NCBI GenBank assembly: GCA_965248195.1
Contig: CBDFIQ010000001.1
Coordinates: 1,024,001 to 1,088,000, forward strand
DNA length: 64,000 nucleotides
Direction: 5' to 3'
Source: Longimicrobiales bacterium
GTDB taxonomy: Bacteria; Gemmatimonadota; Gemmatimonadetes; Longimicrobiales; Gaopeijiaceae
Made by a program: the position numbers and the translations under genes. Position 1 is the first letter of the stretch, and each line of letters begins with the position of its first letter. Below the pieces are notes generated by a model. It searched no databases. It was not told the origin of the DNA and saw nothing but the letters and a program-made list of their open reading frames with translations. Shown here piece after piece: positions 31,229-42,124 of the stretch.

Positions 31229-31816
31229 ATGCTTGAAACAGTCGAGGAGTTCGCGGGCCGGCATATCGACGGCCTCTATCACGACGCGCTTTTTCTCCAC
31301 GCGGGCGACGAACCACTCGCGGAGGATCTCGTTCTGTGGACTCTGACCGGGGCATTCGAGGCGTTCCGGCATTTTGAGGAGGAGAGCCCGCCCGAGCACT
31401 GGCTCGAGGAGAAGCTGATTGAGATCTTCTTGGCTCGCACGGCGTCCGGCTCGACCGATGATGGGTCCACCGACACTTTCTCGGGCGATGAACTTTCGAC
31501 CGACGATGTGTCGGCCGGTGATGTTTCAATGGACGACGTCCGGCGGGATGTCATGTCGAGCCACGAGCTTTCTTCGGGTGCGGTGGAGATCGACCCCGAG
31601 GCTCTTCTCCAGGCAGCGGAGAACATGCCCCCTTTGGCTCGCACGGCGATCTGGCTCGTGGTGTTCCGTCGCTGGTCCTACGGGGATGCCTCCAGCCTGT
31701 TGAAGACGGATTTGTATGGACTGAAGGATCTACTGCGGTACCGGCGAATGTTACTCACAGCGGTCGTACGGGGATCGGTGGACAGGAACGGTACCGACCA
31801 CGACGGAAGGCATTAG
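31229..31816 (+). CDS. Divergent ECF sigma factor-like protein
   Basis: AEDLV...AF (region 2-like) and MPPLARTAIWL...WSYGDA (region 4-like); immediately upstream of an anti-sigma. Confidence 0.6.
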   Translation: MLETVEEFAGRHIDGLYHDALFLHAGDEPLAEDLVLWTLTGAFEAFRHFEEESPPEHWLEEKLIEIFLARTASGSTDDGSTDTFSGDELSTDDVSAGDVSMDDVRRDVMSSHELSSGAVEIDPEALLQAAENMPPLARTAIWLVVFRRWSYGDASSLLKTDLYGLKDLLRYRRMLLTAVVRGSVDRNGTDHDGRH

Positions 31817-31820
31817 AAGA

Positions 31821-32648
31821 ATGGAAGGCATGAACTGCTCCGAAGCGAGGTACGCGCTCTGGCCTCCTGAACGGCCGCGGCTCGCCGAGGCCGAGGTACT
31901 CGAGGCTCGTCGGCACGTGCAGGGGTGTCCGGCCTGCGAGTCCTACCTGGCGCAAGACCGCAGCCTACTCGACGCATACCAGCGTGCGGGCAAGGAGCGA
32001 GCGCCCCAGATCCTTCGCGAGCGTGTCTTCGATGCACTGGCTAGGGAGAGGGCAAAGGGTCTCGGTCTCACGCCATCAGGCGGCGCGTCAGCGGTGGCCG
32101 AGGCACCGCCCGGCGTCGAGGGGCCGCCCAGGAAGAACGTCTCCCGTCGGTGGATTCTTGCCGCGGCGGCGTCGGTCGTCGGCCTCATCGCCGGTGGGTC
32201 CGTCGTGTTTCTCCAGAGTGCGACCGAGTCGCGGAACCGCGGCGGGCTGTTTGCGGAGGATTACCTCCGTCGGGCCGTCGCACAGGAGAGGATCGTCAGT
32301 TCCGACGCCGCTGAAATCAGCCGTTTCCTGACCCGGGAGCTGGGGCGTGCCATCAGGCCGCTACAGGTTGCCGGGCTCCGTCTGACCGGCGCCGAGATCT
32401 GTCTGATAGAGGGTCGGCGCGGAGCGATGATCCAGTACGTCGAGGACGGGCGCGAGATCTCCCACTACCTGATTCCCCGGGAGGGAACTGAACCGCGCGA
32501 CCCGGAACCCGCCGCTGCGTGGAGCTCGAGCGGCAGCGCCGGTGGGCCGTCGCTCATCACGTGGGCGACGGGCGAGATCGAGCAGGCGCTCGTCGGTGAC
32601 ATTCCCGAGGCCCACTTGATGGAGTTGGCCAGGAACGCTTCGCTGTAA
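31821..32648 (+). CDS. Transmembrane anti-sigma factor (zf-HC2)
   Basis: C...HVQGCPAC zinc motif, central TM. Confidence 0.8.
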   Translation: MEGMNCSEARYALWPPERPRLAEAEVLEARRHVQGCPACESYLAQDRSLLDAYQRAGKERAPQILRERVFDALARERAKGLGLTPSGGASAVAEAPPGVEGPPRKNVSRRWILAAAASVVGLIAGGSVVFLQSATESRNRGGLFAEDYLRRAVAQERIVSSDAAEISRFLTRELGRAIRPLQVAGLRLTGAEICLIEGRRGAMIQYVEDGREISHYLIPREGTEPRDPEPAAAWSSSGSAGGPSLITWATGEIEQALVGDIPEAHLMELARNASL

Positions 32649-32685
32649 GTGGGTAGGGGCGCTGTAAGTGGTCAGGGGCCGTCGC

Positions 32686-33042
32686 TCACCCATCCACCTC
32701 CTGTAGCACCGCCTCTATGATCGGGTCGATGGAAGATCCGAATCCATAAAAGCTCTTCACCACGCGTAGATCACGGTCCAGGACGATCGTGTACGGGAGG
32801 CCCCGGTAGTTGTATCGGCTTCTCAAGCGTCCCCCACCGGTGCCGCTCTCATAGCCGACGCCCCCCACCTCCTCGATGAACGCCAGTCCGGCGCCGGGAG
32901 CGACGTCCTCGTTCAACCCCACGATGATAGCCCGCTCGGGATCCAGCTCACGTGCGAAGGCGTCCAGGAGCGGCATCTCCCTGCGACACGGGCCGCACCA
33001 ACTCGCCCAGAAGTTTACGACGACAACCTTGCCGCGATGCTC
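32686..33042 (-). pseudogene. TlpA/ResA-like thioredoxin-fold domain lacking its own start codon
   Basis: In frame with ORF 32686..32976: [24 protein letters not shown]...GLPYTIVLD; overlaps the tkt 3' end. Confidence 0.8.
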
Positions 33043-35081
33043 CGTGCGCCGGCCACTTTTGCGAGCGAAGCCCGGGTGGCTGCCACCACCTCGTCGGTCG
33101 TCACGCCGAAGCGCTCGTAGAGCGTCTCGGCAGGGGCCGAGGCCCCGAAGTGGTCGACGCCCACCGCGGTGCCGGTCTCACCGACCCAGCGCGCCCATCC
33201 GAACGTGGATCCTGCCTCGACCGCCACGCGGGCGTGCACCTCGGAAGGAAGCACGGCGTCGTGGTATGCCTGGTCCTGCTGCGCGAAGAGGTACCAACTC
33301 GGCATGCTGACCACGCGAGTGGCGATCCCGTCGGCTTCCAGGGCCTCTTTGGCATCCAGCGCGATCCCGACCTCGGATCCGCTCGCGATGAGGACGACCT
33401 GGGGTGTGGAGCCCGAGGCCTCGGCCAGCAGGTAGGCGCCCTTGCGGGCCCCATCAGCCGAGGCGAGTACCGTTCGGTCCAGGGAGGGGACGCCCTGCCG
33501 GGTGAGTGACAGCCAGGTGGGCCCGTCTGTCCGTTCCATCGCGATCCGCCACGCAACCGCGGTTTCGGCCGCGTCCGCGGGCCGTAGGTCCAACAGATCC
33601 GGCATGCTCCGGAGGCTCATGAGCTGTTCGATCGGCTGGTGGGTGGGGCCGTCCTCTCCGAGCCCGATCGAGTCGTGCGTGAACACATAGGTGACCGGCA
33701 GGCCCATGAGGGCCGCCAACCGGATGGAGGGCCGCATGTAGTCCGAGAAGATCAGGAACGTCCCGCCGAACGGGCGGATACCGCCGTGGAGCGCCAGGCC
33801 GTTTAAGACGCCGCCCATCCCGTGCTCACGGACCCCGAAGTGGATCACGCGGCCCCCCGGGTTGTCCGCCGACAGATCCCCCCCGCCGTCGATGTCGGTC
33901 TTGTTCGACGATCCGAGGTCTGCCGATCCGCCGATCAGATTGGGAACGCCTGCCGCGACGGTCTGAAGCACCTTGCCGGACCAGGACCGGGTGGCGTCGG
34001 CTTTGTCGACGTTCTCGTATCCGGGAATCTCGGCGTCCCAGCCCGGCGCCAGCTCCCCGGCCATCATCCGGTTGAACTCCTCGGCCAACTCGGGGTGCTC
34101 CACCCGATACGCCTCGAAGCGTGTGTTCCATTCGGCCTGGAGTTCACCGCCACGGTCCGTGGTGGCCCGCCACGCGGCGAGCCCGTCCGGGTCGACGTGG
34201 AACGGTTCGTATGAAGGGTACGCGAGGTTCGTCTTGGTTTCGGAGATCTCGTCCTCGCCGAGCGGAGCCCCATGCGTCGAGTGATGGCCCGCTTTGTTGG
34301 GGCTGCCCTCGGCGATCCGGGTCGTCATGACGATCAGCGAGGGGCGAGCGGAGTCGGCGCGGGCGGCCGTGAGTGCCTGGTCGAGCGCGGCGAGATCGGT
34401 GCCGTCGTCGACGTGCTGAACATGCCACTGATATCCGCGGAAGCGATCGGCCTGATCCGTCGACGTGCTCAGGTCGGTGGCGCCCTCGATGGTGATGCGG
34501 TTGTCGTCGAAGATCCAGATGAGCTTGCCGAGCCTCTGGTGCCCTGCCAGCGCGGCCACCTCGTGGGAGATGCCCTCCATGAGATCTCCGTCCGAGCAGA
34601 ACGCATACGTGTTGTGGTCCACCACGTCGTGGCCGGGCCGGTTGAAGCGTGCGGCCAGCCATCGCTCGGCGAGCGCCATCCCCACGGAGTTCGCGACGCC
34701 CTGGCCGAGAGGCCCGGTGGTCGTCTCGACCCCCGGCGTGTGCGTCAGCTCGGGATGCCCCGGTGTGAGTGATCCCCACTGCCGGAAATTCACGATCTCC
34801 TCCATCGGGAGGTCGTAGCCCGTCAGATGAAGCAGCGAGTAGATGAGCATCGACGCATGGCCCACCGACAGCACGAAACGGTCCCGGTCGGCCCACCCCG
34901 GGTCGGCCGGGTTGTGCCTCAGGTGCTGGGTCCAGAGCAGATACCCCATCGGAGCGAGCGCCATGGGCGTGCCCGGATGGCCGGAGTTGGCCTTCTGAAC
35001 CGCGTCCATCGAGAGCACGCGGACCGCGTCGATACAGAGGCGGTCGAGCTCGGGTGAGAGGCGGGTGGGGGACTCGGGCAT
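33015..35081 (-). CDS. tkt: Transketolase
   Basis: [46 protein letters not shown]. Confidence 0.98.
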   Translation of the reverse strand: MPESPTRLSPELDRLCIDAVRVLSMDAVQKANSGHPGTPMALAPMGYLLWTQHLRHNPADPGWADRDRFVLSVGHASMLIYSLLHLTGYDLPMEEIVNFRQWGSLTPGHPELTHTPGVETTTGPLGQGVANSVGMALAERWLAARFNRPGHDVVDHNTYAFCSDGDLMEGISHEVAALAGHQRLGKLIWIFDDNRITIEGATDLSTSTDQADRFRGYQWHVQHVDDGTDLAALDQALTAARADSARPSLIVMTTRIAEGSPNKAGHHSTHGAPLGEDEISETKTNLAYPSYEPFHVDPDGLAAWRATTDRGGELQAEWNTRFEAYRVEHPELAEEFNRMMAGELAPGWDAEIPGYENVDKADATRSWSGKVLQTVAAGVPNLIGGSADLGSSNKTDIDGGGDLSADNPGGRVIHFGVREHGMGGVLNGLALHGGIRPFGGTFLIFSDYMRPSIRLAALMGLPVTYVFTHDSIGLGEDGPTHQPIEQLMSLRSMPDLLDLRPADAAETAVAWRIAMERTDGPTWLSLTRQGVPSLDRTVLASADGARKGAYLLAEASGSTPQVVLIASGSEVGIALDAKEALEADGIATRVVSMPSWYLFAQQDQAYHDAVLPSEVHARVAVEAGSTFGWARWVGETGTAVGVDHFGASAPAETLYERFGVTTDEVVAATRASLAKVAGARSIAARLSS

Positions 35082-35110
35082 TAGGCTTGCTCCACTTAGG
35101 CTTGCTCCAC
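35081..35110. repeat. Exact 15-bp tandem duplication TTAGGCTTGCTCCAC at the leuS-tkt junction
   Basis: 35081-35095 is identical to 35096-35110. Confidence 0.95.
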
Positions 35111-37654
35111 TACGAAGTTCAGGAGGCGGTCGGGTACGTAGATGACACGCTTCAGCGTGGCGCCGTCGAGGTAGCGTACGACGTTCTCATCGGATCGCGC
35201 TGCGGCTTCGGCCGCGTCCTGATCCATCCCGGCTGGTCCCTCGACGGTGGCACGGAGCTTCCCGTTCACCTGGACGGCCAGCTTCACGGAGGTCTCACGC
35301 GTCTTGGCCTCGTCGAAAGTGGGCCAGTTGGCCCCGTCGAAGATGCCACCGTCGTGGCCCAGACGCTCCCACAGCTCTTCCGCCAGGTGCGGAGCGAAGG
35401 GCGCGATCATCACGACCAGGGGCTCGACCTCGCTACGGGTGGTCGTGCGGCCACCCGCGCGCACCGCGTTCAGATACTCCATCATGGCGGCGATCGATGT
35501 GTTGAAGCCGAGCTCGGGCATCTGCCGGGTCACTTGGCGAATGGTCTGATGGAGCTTGCGCTCGACGTCCGGGTCGGCCGCGGCCCCGCCGCCGGAGTTC
35601 CCGTCGCTACCGGGGCCGACGTCGTTCTTCAGCGCGGTGGCGACCGTCTCATACAGGCGATGCAGGAACCCATGGGGTCCCTGGAGGCCCTCGTGCTGAT
35701 AGTCTCCGCCCTCTTCGTACGGGCCCAGAAACATGAGGTACGTGCGGAACGTGTCGGCTCCGTACTGTTCGATGATCTCGTCCGGAATGATCACGTTTCC
35801 CCTGCTCTTGGACATCTTGGCGCCCCCCCGGATGATCATCCCGTGAGCGCGAAAGCGGCTGAACGGCTCCTCGAATTCGAGGTGGCCCAGGTCATGGAGG
35901 GCCATCGTGATGAAGCGGGCGTAGAGGAGGTGCAGGACGGCGTGTTCGTTTCCGCCGATGTAGCAGTCGACCGGCAGCCACCTGCTCATGAGCTCACGGT
36001 CGAAGGCCACGTCATCGTGATCCGTCGAAGGGTAGCGCAGGAAATACCAGGCGCTGTCCAGGAACGTGTCCGAGACGTCGGTCTCTCGGCGAGCGGGGGC
36101 ACCGCACTGGGGACACTCGATCCGGTACCACTCCTCGACTCGCGCCAGTGGGCTCACGCCGGAATCGTCCGGCTTGAAGTCCTCGACCCTGGGCAACAGC
36201 ACCGGCAGATCCGCCTCCGGCACGGCCACCGGTCCGCACGCCTCACAGTGGATGATGGGGATGGGTGGCCCCCAGTAGCGTTGCCGCGAGATGCACCAGT
36301 CGTGAAGGCGGTAGTTCACCTTGGTCTCGCCGCGTCCGTCCTCGGCCAACCAAGCCGCGATGGCCGGCTTGGCGTCGGCAACGGCCATTCCGTCGAAACG
36401 CCCGGAGTTCACCATCACGCCGTCGCCCGCGTACGCCTCGGAAAGCGGCGTGTCCGCTCCGTCACCCTCGCCTGCCACGACGCGCACGATGGGCAACCCC
36501 ATGGCTTCGGCGAAGTCGAAGTCGCGCTCGTCGTGACCGGGAACCGCCATGATGGCTCCGGTTCCGTACTCCATGAGCACGTAGTCGGCGACCCAGATGG
36601 GAATCGGCTGCCCGGTGGCCGGGTTCAGGCAAGACCCGCCCGTATACACGCCCGTCTTGGTCTTCTCGACCTTCTGGCGCGCCACGAGGTCCTTGGCGGC
36701 CGCCTGCTCCCGGTAGGCCGCCACGGCTTCCGCCTGCTCCTCGCCCGTGACCTCGTCCACCAAGGGGTGCTCGGGTGAAAGCACCATATAGGATGCGCCG
36801 AACACCGTGTCGGGCCGTGTGGTGAAGACCTCGATCTGGGGGCGGTCCGCAAAAACCTCTCCATCCGCCACGGACCGGGTCGGGGAGCCCACGCCACCCC
36901 CTTCTTCCACTTGTCCCGGAGTCAGGATCGGGAAGTGCAGGACGGCTCCCTCGCTTCGGCCGATCCAGTTTTGCTGCGCCTTCTTGGTGGTCTCGGACCA
37001 GTCGAGCCGCCCTAGATTGTCGAGCAGCCGCTGAGCGTACTCCGTGATCCGGAAGAACCACTGTGCGATGCGCCGCTGCTCGACGGGCGTCTGGCAGCGT
37101 TCACACCGTCCCGAGATGACCTGCTCGTTCGCCAGGACCGTCATGCACGAGGGGCACCAGTTGACCGGCGCCTCCTTGCGCACAGCCAGCCCCGCGTTGA
37201 ACAGCTGGAGGAAGATCCACTGCGTCCAGCGGTAGTAGTCGGGGTCGGTGGTGTCGAGCGAATGGTCCCAGTCGAACATCCCACCGATGCGCCGTAGCTG
37301 CCGCGTGAAGTTGGCCACGTTCGACGGGATGAGGTCCATCGGGTGAACGCCCCGCTTGAGGGCGAAGTTCTCCGAGTGGATACCGAACGCGTCGAAGCCG
37401 ATCGGCTCGAAGACCCGCTTACCCGTGAGGCGTTGAAAGCGTCCGTGGACGTCCGCGCCCGTAAACGCATAGATGTTGCCCACGTGGAGCCCCTCGGCCG
37501 AGGGGTAGGGGAACATCATCAATTGGTAGTAACGGTCTTCGGCGGTCCGTAGGGTGTCGCCGGGGAAGCCGTTGGTGCCCAGCTCATCCCATCGACCCTG
37601 CCACCTGGCCTCTACTTCGGACGGGTTATAACCGCCGGTTCCGTCGCTGCTCAT
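35096..37654 (-). CDS. leuS: Leucine--tRNA ligase
   Basis: MFPYPS, HVGN (HIGH), [26 protein letters not shown]. Confidence 0.98.
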   Translation of the reverse strand: MSSDGTGGYNPSEVEARWQGRWDELGTNGFPGDTLRTAEDRYYQLMMFPYPSAEGLHVGNIYAFTGADVHGRFQRLTGKRVFEPIGFDAFGIHSENFALKRGVHPMDLIPSNVANFTRQLRRIGGMFDWDHSLDTTDPDYYRWTQWIFLQLFNAGLAVRKEAPVNWCPSCMTVLANEQVISGRCERCQTPVEQRRIAQWFFRITEYAQRLLDNLGRLDWSETTKKAQQNWIGRSEGAVLHFPILTPGQVEEGGGVGSPTRSVADGEVFADRPQIEVFTTRPDTVFGASYMVLSPEHPLVDEVTGEEQAEAVAAYREQAAAKDLVARQKVEKTKTGVYTGGSCLNPATGQPIPIWVADYVLMEYGTGAIMAVPGHDERDFDFAEAMGLPIVRVVAGEGDGADTPLSEAYAGDGVMVNSGRFDGMAVADAKPAIAAWLAEDGRGETKVNYRLHDWCISRQRYWGPPIPIIHCEACGPVAVPEADLPVLLPRVEDFKPDDSGVSPLARVEEWYRIECPQCGAPARRETDVSDTFLDSAWYFLRYPSTDHDDVAFDRELMSRWLPVDCYIGGNEHAVLHLLYARFITMALHDLGHLEFEEPFSRFRAHGMIIRGGAKMSKSRGNVIIPDEIIEQYGADTFRTYLMFLGPYEEGGDYQHEGLQGPHGFLHRLYETVATALKNDVGPGSDGNSGGGAAADPDVERKLHQTIRQVTRQMPELGFNTSIAAMMEYLNAVRAGGRTTTRSEVEPLVVMIAPFAPHLAEELWERLGHDGGIFDGANWPTFDEAKTRETSVKLAVQVNGKLRATVEGPAGMDQDAAEAAARSDENVVRYLDGATLKRVIYVPDRLLNFVVEQA

Positions 37655-37660
37655 CTATAT

Positions 37661-37717
37661 CTGAAAGAAGGCCGTGCCGCGCCTCAAAGAGGGCCATACC
37701 GCGCCTGAAAGAGGGCC
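37661..37717. repeat. 22-bp period repeat (CCGCGCCTSAAAGAGGGCC, two near-identical copies plus one degenerate) upstream of leuS
   Basis: AAAG cores at 37664, 37686 and 37708. Confidence 0.75.
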
Positions 37718-37973
37718 CTGCCGCAGGAAGTGCGAAAAAATCATCCCAAGCAAATTTCGCCCCTAACCTATACCGGGGGCGGGGGCATCACAACGCGTCG
37801 AAGCCCGCATATTACGCGGCTAGGGTTCGGACCGGCGTCCCTCGGCTTAGACAAGCGCGTCCGCGGAGCGTGACAGGTGGTTCGTCACCCCACGGCGGGC
37901 CGGAGTGATGCGTCCCATGCCGCCATGGCCAGGCCCCAGGCTCGGGGGCTCCGTTGGGGCATGGTGACCCGCG

Positions 37974-38561
37974 TTGTCGCAGCTATCCGTAGACTGCTGG
38001 AAGAGGACCGCATCGAGATCACGCTCCAGCCCGGGTTCACGCCGGCGGAGCTCGACGTGGTGCGAGCGCTACCGCAACCCCAAGCACCGCGCGCTACTCA
38101 TGCTTCTCTACTCCGCCGGACTCCGCGTGGGCGAGGTCGTTCGCCTGAAGTCTCCCGATCTGGATGTGGAGCGCGGACTCATTCGGGTCCGGCGGGGCAA
38201 GGGGGGCAAGGATCGCTACACCCTTCTCGCACAGCGCGCCGTAGAGGCCGTGCGCATCTACCGGGACGCATACCGCACCGACCGGTGGCTATTTCCCGGT
38301 GACCGTAGCGGTCGGCATCTTACGACGCGGTCGGTTCAACGTGTCGTAAAGAACGCCGCAAAGGCCGCCGGGATCGAAAAGGACGTCACAACCCACACCC
38401 TCCGGCACAGCTTCGCGACCCACCTGCTCGAGGGCGGCACGAACCTCCGTGTCATCCAGGAGCTCCTGGGTCACCAAAGTGCGCGCACCACCCAGATCTA
38501 CACGCACGTGGCTCAGTCGACGATCGGGGCCGTGCGGAGTCCGTTGGACAACCTCGAGTGA
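37974..38561 (+). pseudogene. Tyrosine recombinase catalytic domain, N-terminally truncated
   Basis: LYSAGLR, GKGGKDR, HTLRHSFATHLL, LLGH, TTQIY; no N-terminal SAM/core-binding domain. Confidence 0.85.
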
Positions 38562-38892
38562 GAGTCGCCTGCGCGTAACTTGCGTGTGGCGCTGGCCGGG
38601 TGAACGTTACGGTTGCGTTGTGGACCCCACGGCGGGTGGCGTCGCCTACTGGAGCACGCGTAGCCGGTCCCGGTGGGTGACCCAGAACGTGACATCACCG
38701 TCGCGAACCCTCCCGCGAGGGGAGTGGGAGGCGACAGAGGGCTACGCAAACAACGAGTTGAACTAAACCGCTACGCGGTGGGTGGTGAGGGCTCGCGGTG
38801 GGTGGTGATTCCGGTGTCTGAGTAGGGCCGAGGTTCCGAGGACTGGGCGAGTAGGTTGCGTGCCCCAACGCAACCCAGTCGAGGAGGGACCG

Positions 38893-38982
38893 ATGAGCGA
38901 GCTACGGCAGAAGATGCTGACGGATCTGAGGGTCCGGAACTACGCAGAGCGCACGCAGGCGATCTACATCAGACGTGTCGCC
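38893..38982 (+). pseudogene. First 30 codons of a site-specific integrase (SAM-like N-terminus), cut by IS256
   Basis: RBS GAGGAGG then MSELRQKMLTDLRVRNYAERTQAIYIRRVA. Confidence 0.75.
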
Positions 38983-40358
38983 GGTCAAGTCCCGATTTGT
39001 GTGTAAAAGCGGAGGAAGCTCCTCGCCTTCGGCTAGGCTGCTTGGGCGACCTCCTGTTTCTGGAGGAGTGAGAGGTCGAGGTAACGCCGGTCGCCCCAGA
39101 CGTGTGTGGTCCTGAGTGCGACGGCCGTGATGAGCCTGAGGGCGCTGGCCCGGTCCGGGAAGGCGCCGGCGGCCTTGATCCTGCGTTTGATCTCGCCGTG
39201 CAGCCGCTCGAGGCTGTTGGTGGTACGCAGCCGGGGCCAGTGCGCCTCGGGGAACGCGTAGAACTGCGTCGCTGCCCCGAAGCCCCGCTCCAGGACCTCC
39301 ACGGCCTCGGGCAGCTCCTTCTTCCAGCGTGCGCCGAACTCGCCCAGGAGCTTCTTCGCCTCGGCGAGTCCGGATGTCTGGAAGATCACCGAGACCTCAC
39401 GCGCCACGCGCTTGCGTAGGCGGTGGGGGACCCTCGCCCCCACATTACGCTGCAGATGGACCGTACACCTCTGACGGCGTGCCTCGGGCAGGAAGCGGCG
39501 GACCGCAGCTGCCAGGCCTGCGTGCTCATCGGCGATCACGAGCTCGACACCGCCGAGGCCGCGGTCCTGGAGTTGCTCGAGGAGCTCCGACCAGCTCTGC
39601 TGCGACTCCTCAGCGCCCAGCGTGACGGCCAGGAGCCGTCGGTGACCCTCAGGGCCCACTGCATACGCCACGAGCGCACTCACGTTCTCGACTTTGCGGG
39701 CCCAGCGGGCGTCCAAGAACGTGGCGTCCAGGTACAGATAGGGGTGAGGCCCCTCGATCGGCGCACGGCGCAGCCCTTCCACGGCCTCGTCGAGCCGTTT
39801 TGCCACACGACTCACCGTCGAGCGCCCAACACGCTCGCCCATCAGCGCCTCGGTGACGTCGCCCATCTTGCGCTGTGACACGCCGCTCACATACGCCTCG
39901 ACCATCATCTCGTCGAGCTCGGGGCTCCTGCGCTGGTAGCGGCCGATCACGTCGGCCGGCGAACCGTTGTCCCGGCTCCGGGGCATGGCGACCTCGATCT
40001 GCCCCAGGCTCGTCAGCAGCCGCCTCAGGTATGTGCCGTTCCTATGGTCCTTCCGGCTTCCCACCCGCTCGAAGCGGCGTGCACCTACCATGGCCTTCAG
40101 CTCCTCTTCCAGCACCATCTCGAGCGTCAGCCGGATCGCGCCTTGAAACAGCTCGCGCAAATCATCGCGTAGCTCGTCTTGCGTGGCCCGACCGATCTCC
40201 ACAATCTCTTGCATCGGAAGCTCCTCTCCGGTTCCGAGCCTGCTCTGCAGACCCGGACTCCCGGGTTCATGTGACAGTGAACAACAACAGAGGAGCTTCC
40301 GTTTTTCTTTCCCTCCTGTCCAGCTTATCCGCTTTTACACAAATCTAGGGACACTACC
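38983..40358 (-). mobile_element. IS256-family element, copy 2 (no TSD)
   Basis: Reverse complement of copy 1; flanks GTGTCGCC and CTTACGAC differ. Confidence 0.95.
39033..40214 (-). CDS. IS256-family transposase
   Basis: Same protein as 18037..19218. Confidence 0.96.
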   Translation of the reverse strand: MQEIVEIGRATQDELRDDLRELFQGAIRLTLEMVLEEELKAMVGARRFERVGSRKDHRNGTYLRRLLTSLGQIEVAMPRSRDNGSPADVIGRYQRRSPELDEMMVEAYVSGVSQRKMGDVTEALMGERVGRSTVSRVAKRLDEAVEGLRRAPIEGPHPYLYLDATFLDARWARKVENVSALVAYAVGPEGHRRLLAVTLGAEESQQSWSELLEQLQDRGLGGVELVIADEHAGLAAAVRRFLPEARRQRCTVHLQRNVGARVPHRLRKRVAREVSVIFQTSGLAEAKKLLGEFGARWKKELPEAVEVLERGFGAATQFYAFPEAHWPRLRTTNSLERLHGEIKRRIKAAGAFPDRASALRLITAVALRTTHVWGDRRYLDLSLLQKQEVAQAA

Positions 40359-40551
40359 CTTACGACTGGTCCTCGTCGAACATGACTCGCCGCCGTATGA
40401 AGAACGCTGCCTGAAATGTTTACACACCTGTTGACCCAACCTCCTGCACGGTCACTGTACCTGTGTACTTCCCCACAAGTGGCTCAGGACCGTCAAAGAA
40501 CTGAATCACCCCGGGTTTGCCGGAGACTCCATCAGTTGAGAGGATGGAGTC

Positions 40552-40872
40552 ATGAAAAGGAAAGGACAGTACTCCCCAGAGGTACGGGAGCGAGCCGTTC
40601 GGATGGTTTTCGAGCACGAGCCTGAGTACAGCTCACAGTGGGCGGCGATCTGCTCGATCTCGGAGAAGATCGGGTGCACGGCGGAGACGCTACGTAAATG
40701 GGTTCGACGAGCGGAGCGAGACACGGGGCAACGGCCCGGTCTCAAGACAGAAGAGCGTGAGCGACTGAAGGTGCTGGAGCGTGAGAATCGTGAGCTGAAG
40801 CGGGCGAACGAGATTCTGCGTAAGGCATCGGCGTATTTCGCACAGGCGGAGCTCGACCGCCGAGTTCGGTGA
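40552..40872 (+). CDS. IS3-family OrfA
   Basis: [31 protein letters not shown]. Confidence 0.92.
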   Translation: MKRKGQYSPEVRERAVRMVFEHEPEYSSQWAAICSISEKIGCTAETLRKWVRRAERDTGQRPGLKTEERERLKVLERENRELKRANEILRKASAYFAQAELDRRVR

Positions 40873-41804
40873 TGGTGGCCTTCATCGACGATTACCGGCC
40901 CACGTACGGAGTCGAGCCGATCTGCGAGGTACTGCCGATCGCTCCGTCGACCTACTACACGCACAAGGCGATGCAGGCAGATCCGACGCTACGATCGGTC
41001 CGGGCTCAGCGCGACGAGATGCTGAAGCCGGAGATCCGTCGAGTGTGGATGCAGAACTTCCAGGTCTACGGGGCGAAGAAGGTGTGGAAGCAGCTGAACC
41101 GGGAAGGCATCACCGTGGCTCGATGCACGGTGGCTCGGCTCATGAAGGAACTGGAGCTTTGTGGGGTTACGCGAGGGCGGCGCTTCAAGGTGACAACGCA
41201 CACGGCGGAGGGCGACGAGCGCCCGCTGGACCTCGTGAACCGAGACTTCAGCGCGGCACGTCCCAACGAGCTGTGGGTCTCGGACCTCACGTACGTGCGG
41301 ACGGGCCATGCGTTTGTCTTCGTGGCGTTCGTGATCGATGCGTTCAGCCGTCGCATCGTCGGATGGCGGGTCTCGAACTCATTACGCAGTGACTTAGCGC
41401 TCGACGCTCTCGAGCAGGCGATCTGTGAACGCGAGGACGACGCAGACAAGCGCCTGGTGCATCACAGCGACCGCGGGGGGCAGTACCTGTCTATCCGCTA
41501 CACCGAGCGCCTGGCGTTGGCAGGCATCGAGCCGTCCGTAGGCAGCCGGGGGGATTCGTATGACAACGCCCTGGCCGAGACGATCATCGGACTCTACAAG
41601 ACCGAGCTCATTCGTCCACGCGGTCCGTGGCGCACCCTCGAAGACATCGAGCTCGCCACCCTCGAATGGGTCTGGTGGTTCAATCACCATCGCCTCTTCG
41701 AGCCCCACGGCCATATCCCGCCGGCCGAGTACGAAGAGTTGTATTATTCGCGTCAGGACGCTCCAGGTGAGCCTCTGACACTCAAGTCAAACAGTCTCCG
41801 ATGA
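40869..41804 (+). CDS. IS3-family OrfB (DDE)
   Basis: [22 protein letters not shown]. Confidence 0.93.
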   Translation: MMVAFIDDYRPTYGVEPICEVLPIAPSTYYTHKAMQADPTLRSVRAQRDEMLKPEIRRVWMQNFQVYGAKKVWKQLNREGITVARCTVARLMKELELCGVTRGRRFKVTTHTAEGDERPLDLVNRDFSAARPNELWVSDLTYVRTGHAFVFVAFVIDAFSRRIVGWRVSNSLRSDLALDALEQAICEREDDADKRLVHHSDRGGQYLSIRYTERLALAGIEPSVGSRGDSYDNALAETIIGLYKTELIRPRGPWRTLEDIELATLEWVWWFNHHRLFEPHGHIPPAEYEELYYSRQDAPGEPLTLKSNSLR

Positions 41805-41819
41805 ACCCGGGGCGATTCA

Positions 41820-42102
41820 CTTTCTTGCGAAGGTGCAAGGCTATGGGTCTGCTTCCCGTGCCGGCTATGCTCATGATGAGATGCGCAGTTGGGCGGCCTA
41901 TGAGACGTCGTGGGTACGACGTTTCGAGCGCGTCTATGACATGAACGACGATGAGGTAGAGGTCCTTCGCCGCGCGGATGTGGAGCAACGGCCGTTGGTA
42001 TCCGCGGAAACGGTTCGGTTCGTCATCGAGTTGCCTGACACCCTGGGTGGGGACAACCCCCAATCTGATGTTCCCGGGTTCGCCGCCGACATGCTACGAT
42101 GA
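41820..42102 (+). pseudogene. 3' remnant of an unknown gene truncated by IS3, directly upstream of vsr
   Basis: Open frame running from the IS end to TGA at 42102. Confidence 0.4.
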
Positions 42103-42124
42103 CTGGGCGCGGGAGAATCTGGAG

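Larger units (their letters stand above)
40502..41819 (+). mobile_element. IS3-family (IS51 group-like) element, full-length copy
   Basis: IRs TGAATCACCCCGGGTT / TGAATCGCCCCGGGTT; orfA plus orfB; no clear TSD. Confidence 0.93.

Noticed and set aside
30050..33042. Selenoprotein readthrough in DUF3179 or the TlpA domain
   Set aside because: Catalytic positions are ordinary Cys codons and no in-frame TGA lies inside either domain
35054..36778. 574-aa plus-strand ORF, and similar long antisense ORFs such as 9984..11219 and 24049..25140
   Set aside because: High-GC antisense shadows of well-supported genes, with no recognisable motifs
37974..38561. Integron integrase (intI) serving the attC sites
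   Set aside because: It lacks the IntI-specific insertion between the KDR motif and WLFP, is truncated, and lies 19 kb away
38745..38780. Third attC-like start (CAAACAACGAGTTGAAC)
   Set aside because: No matching R' box or full hairpin could be identified
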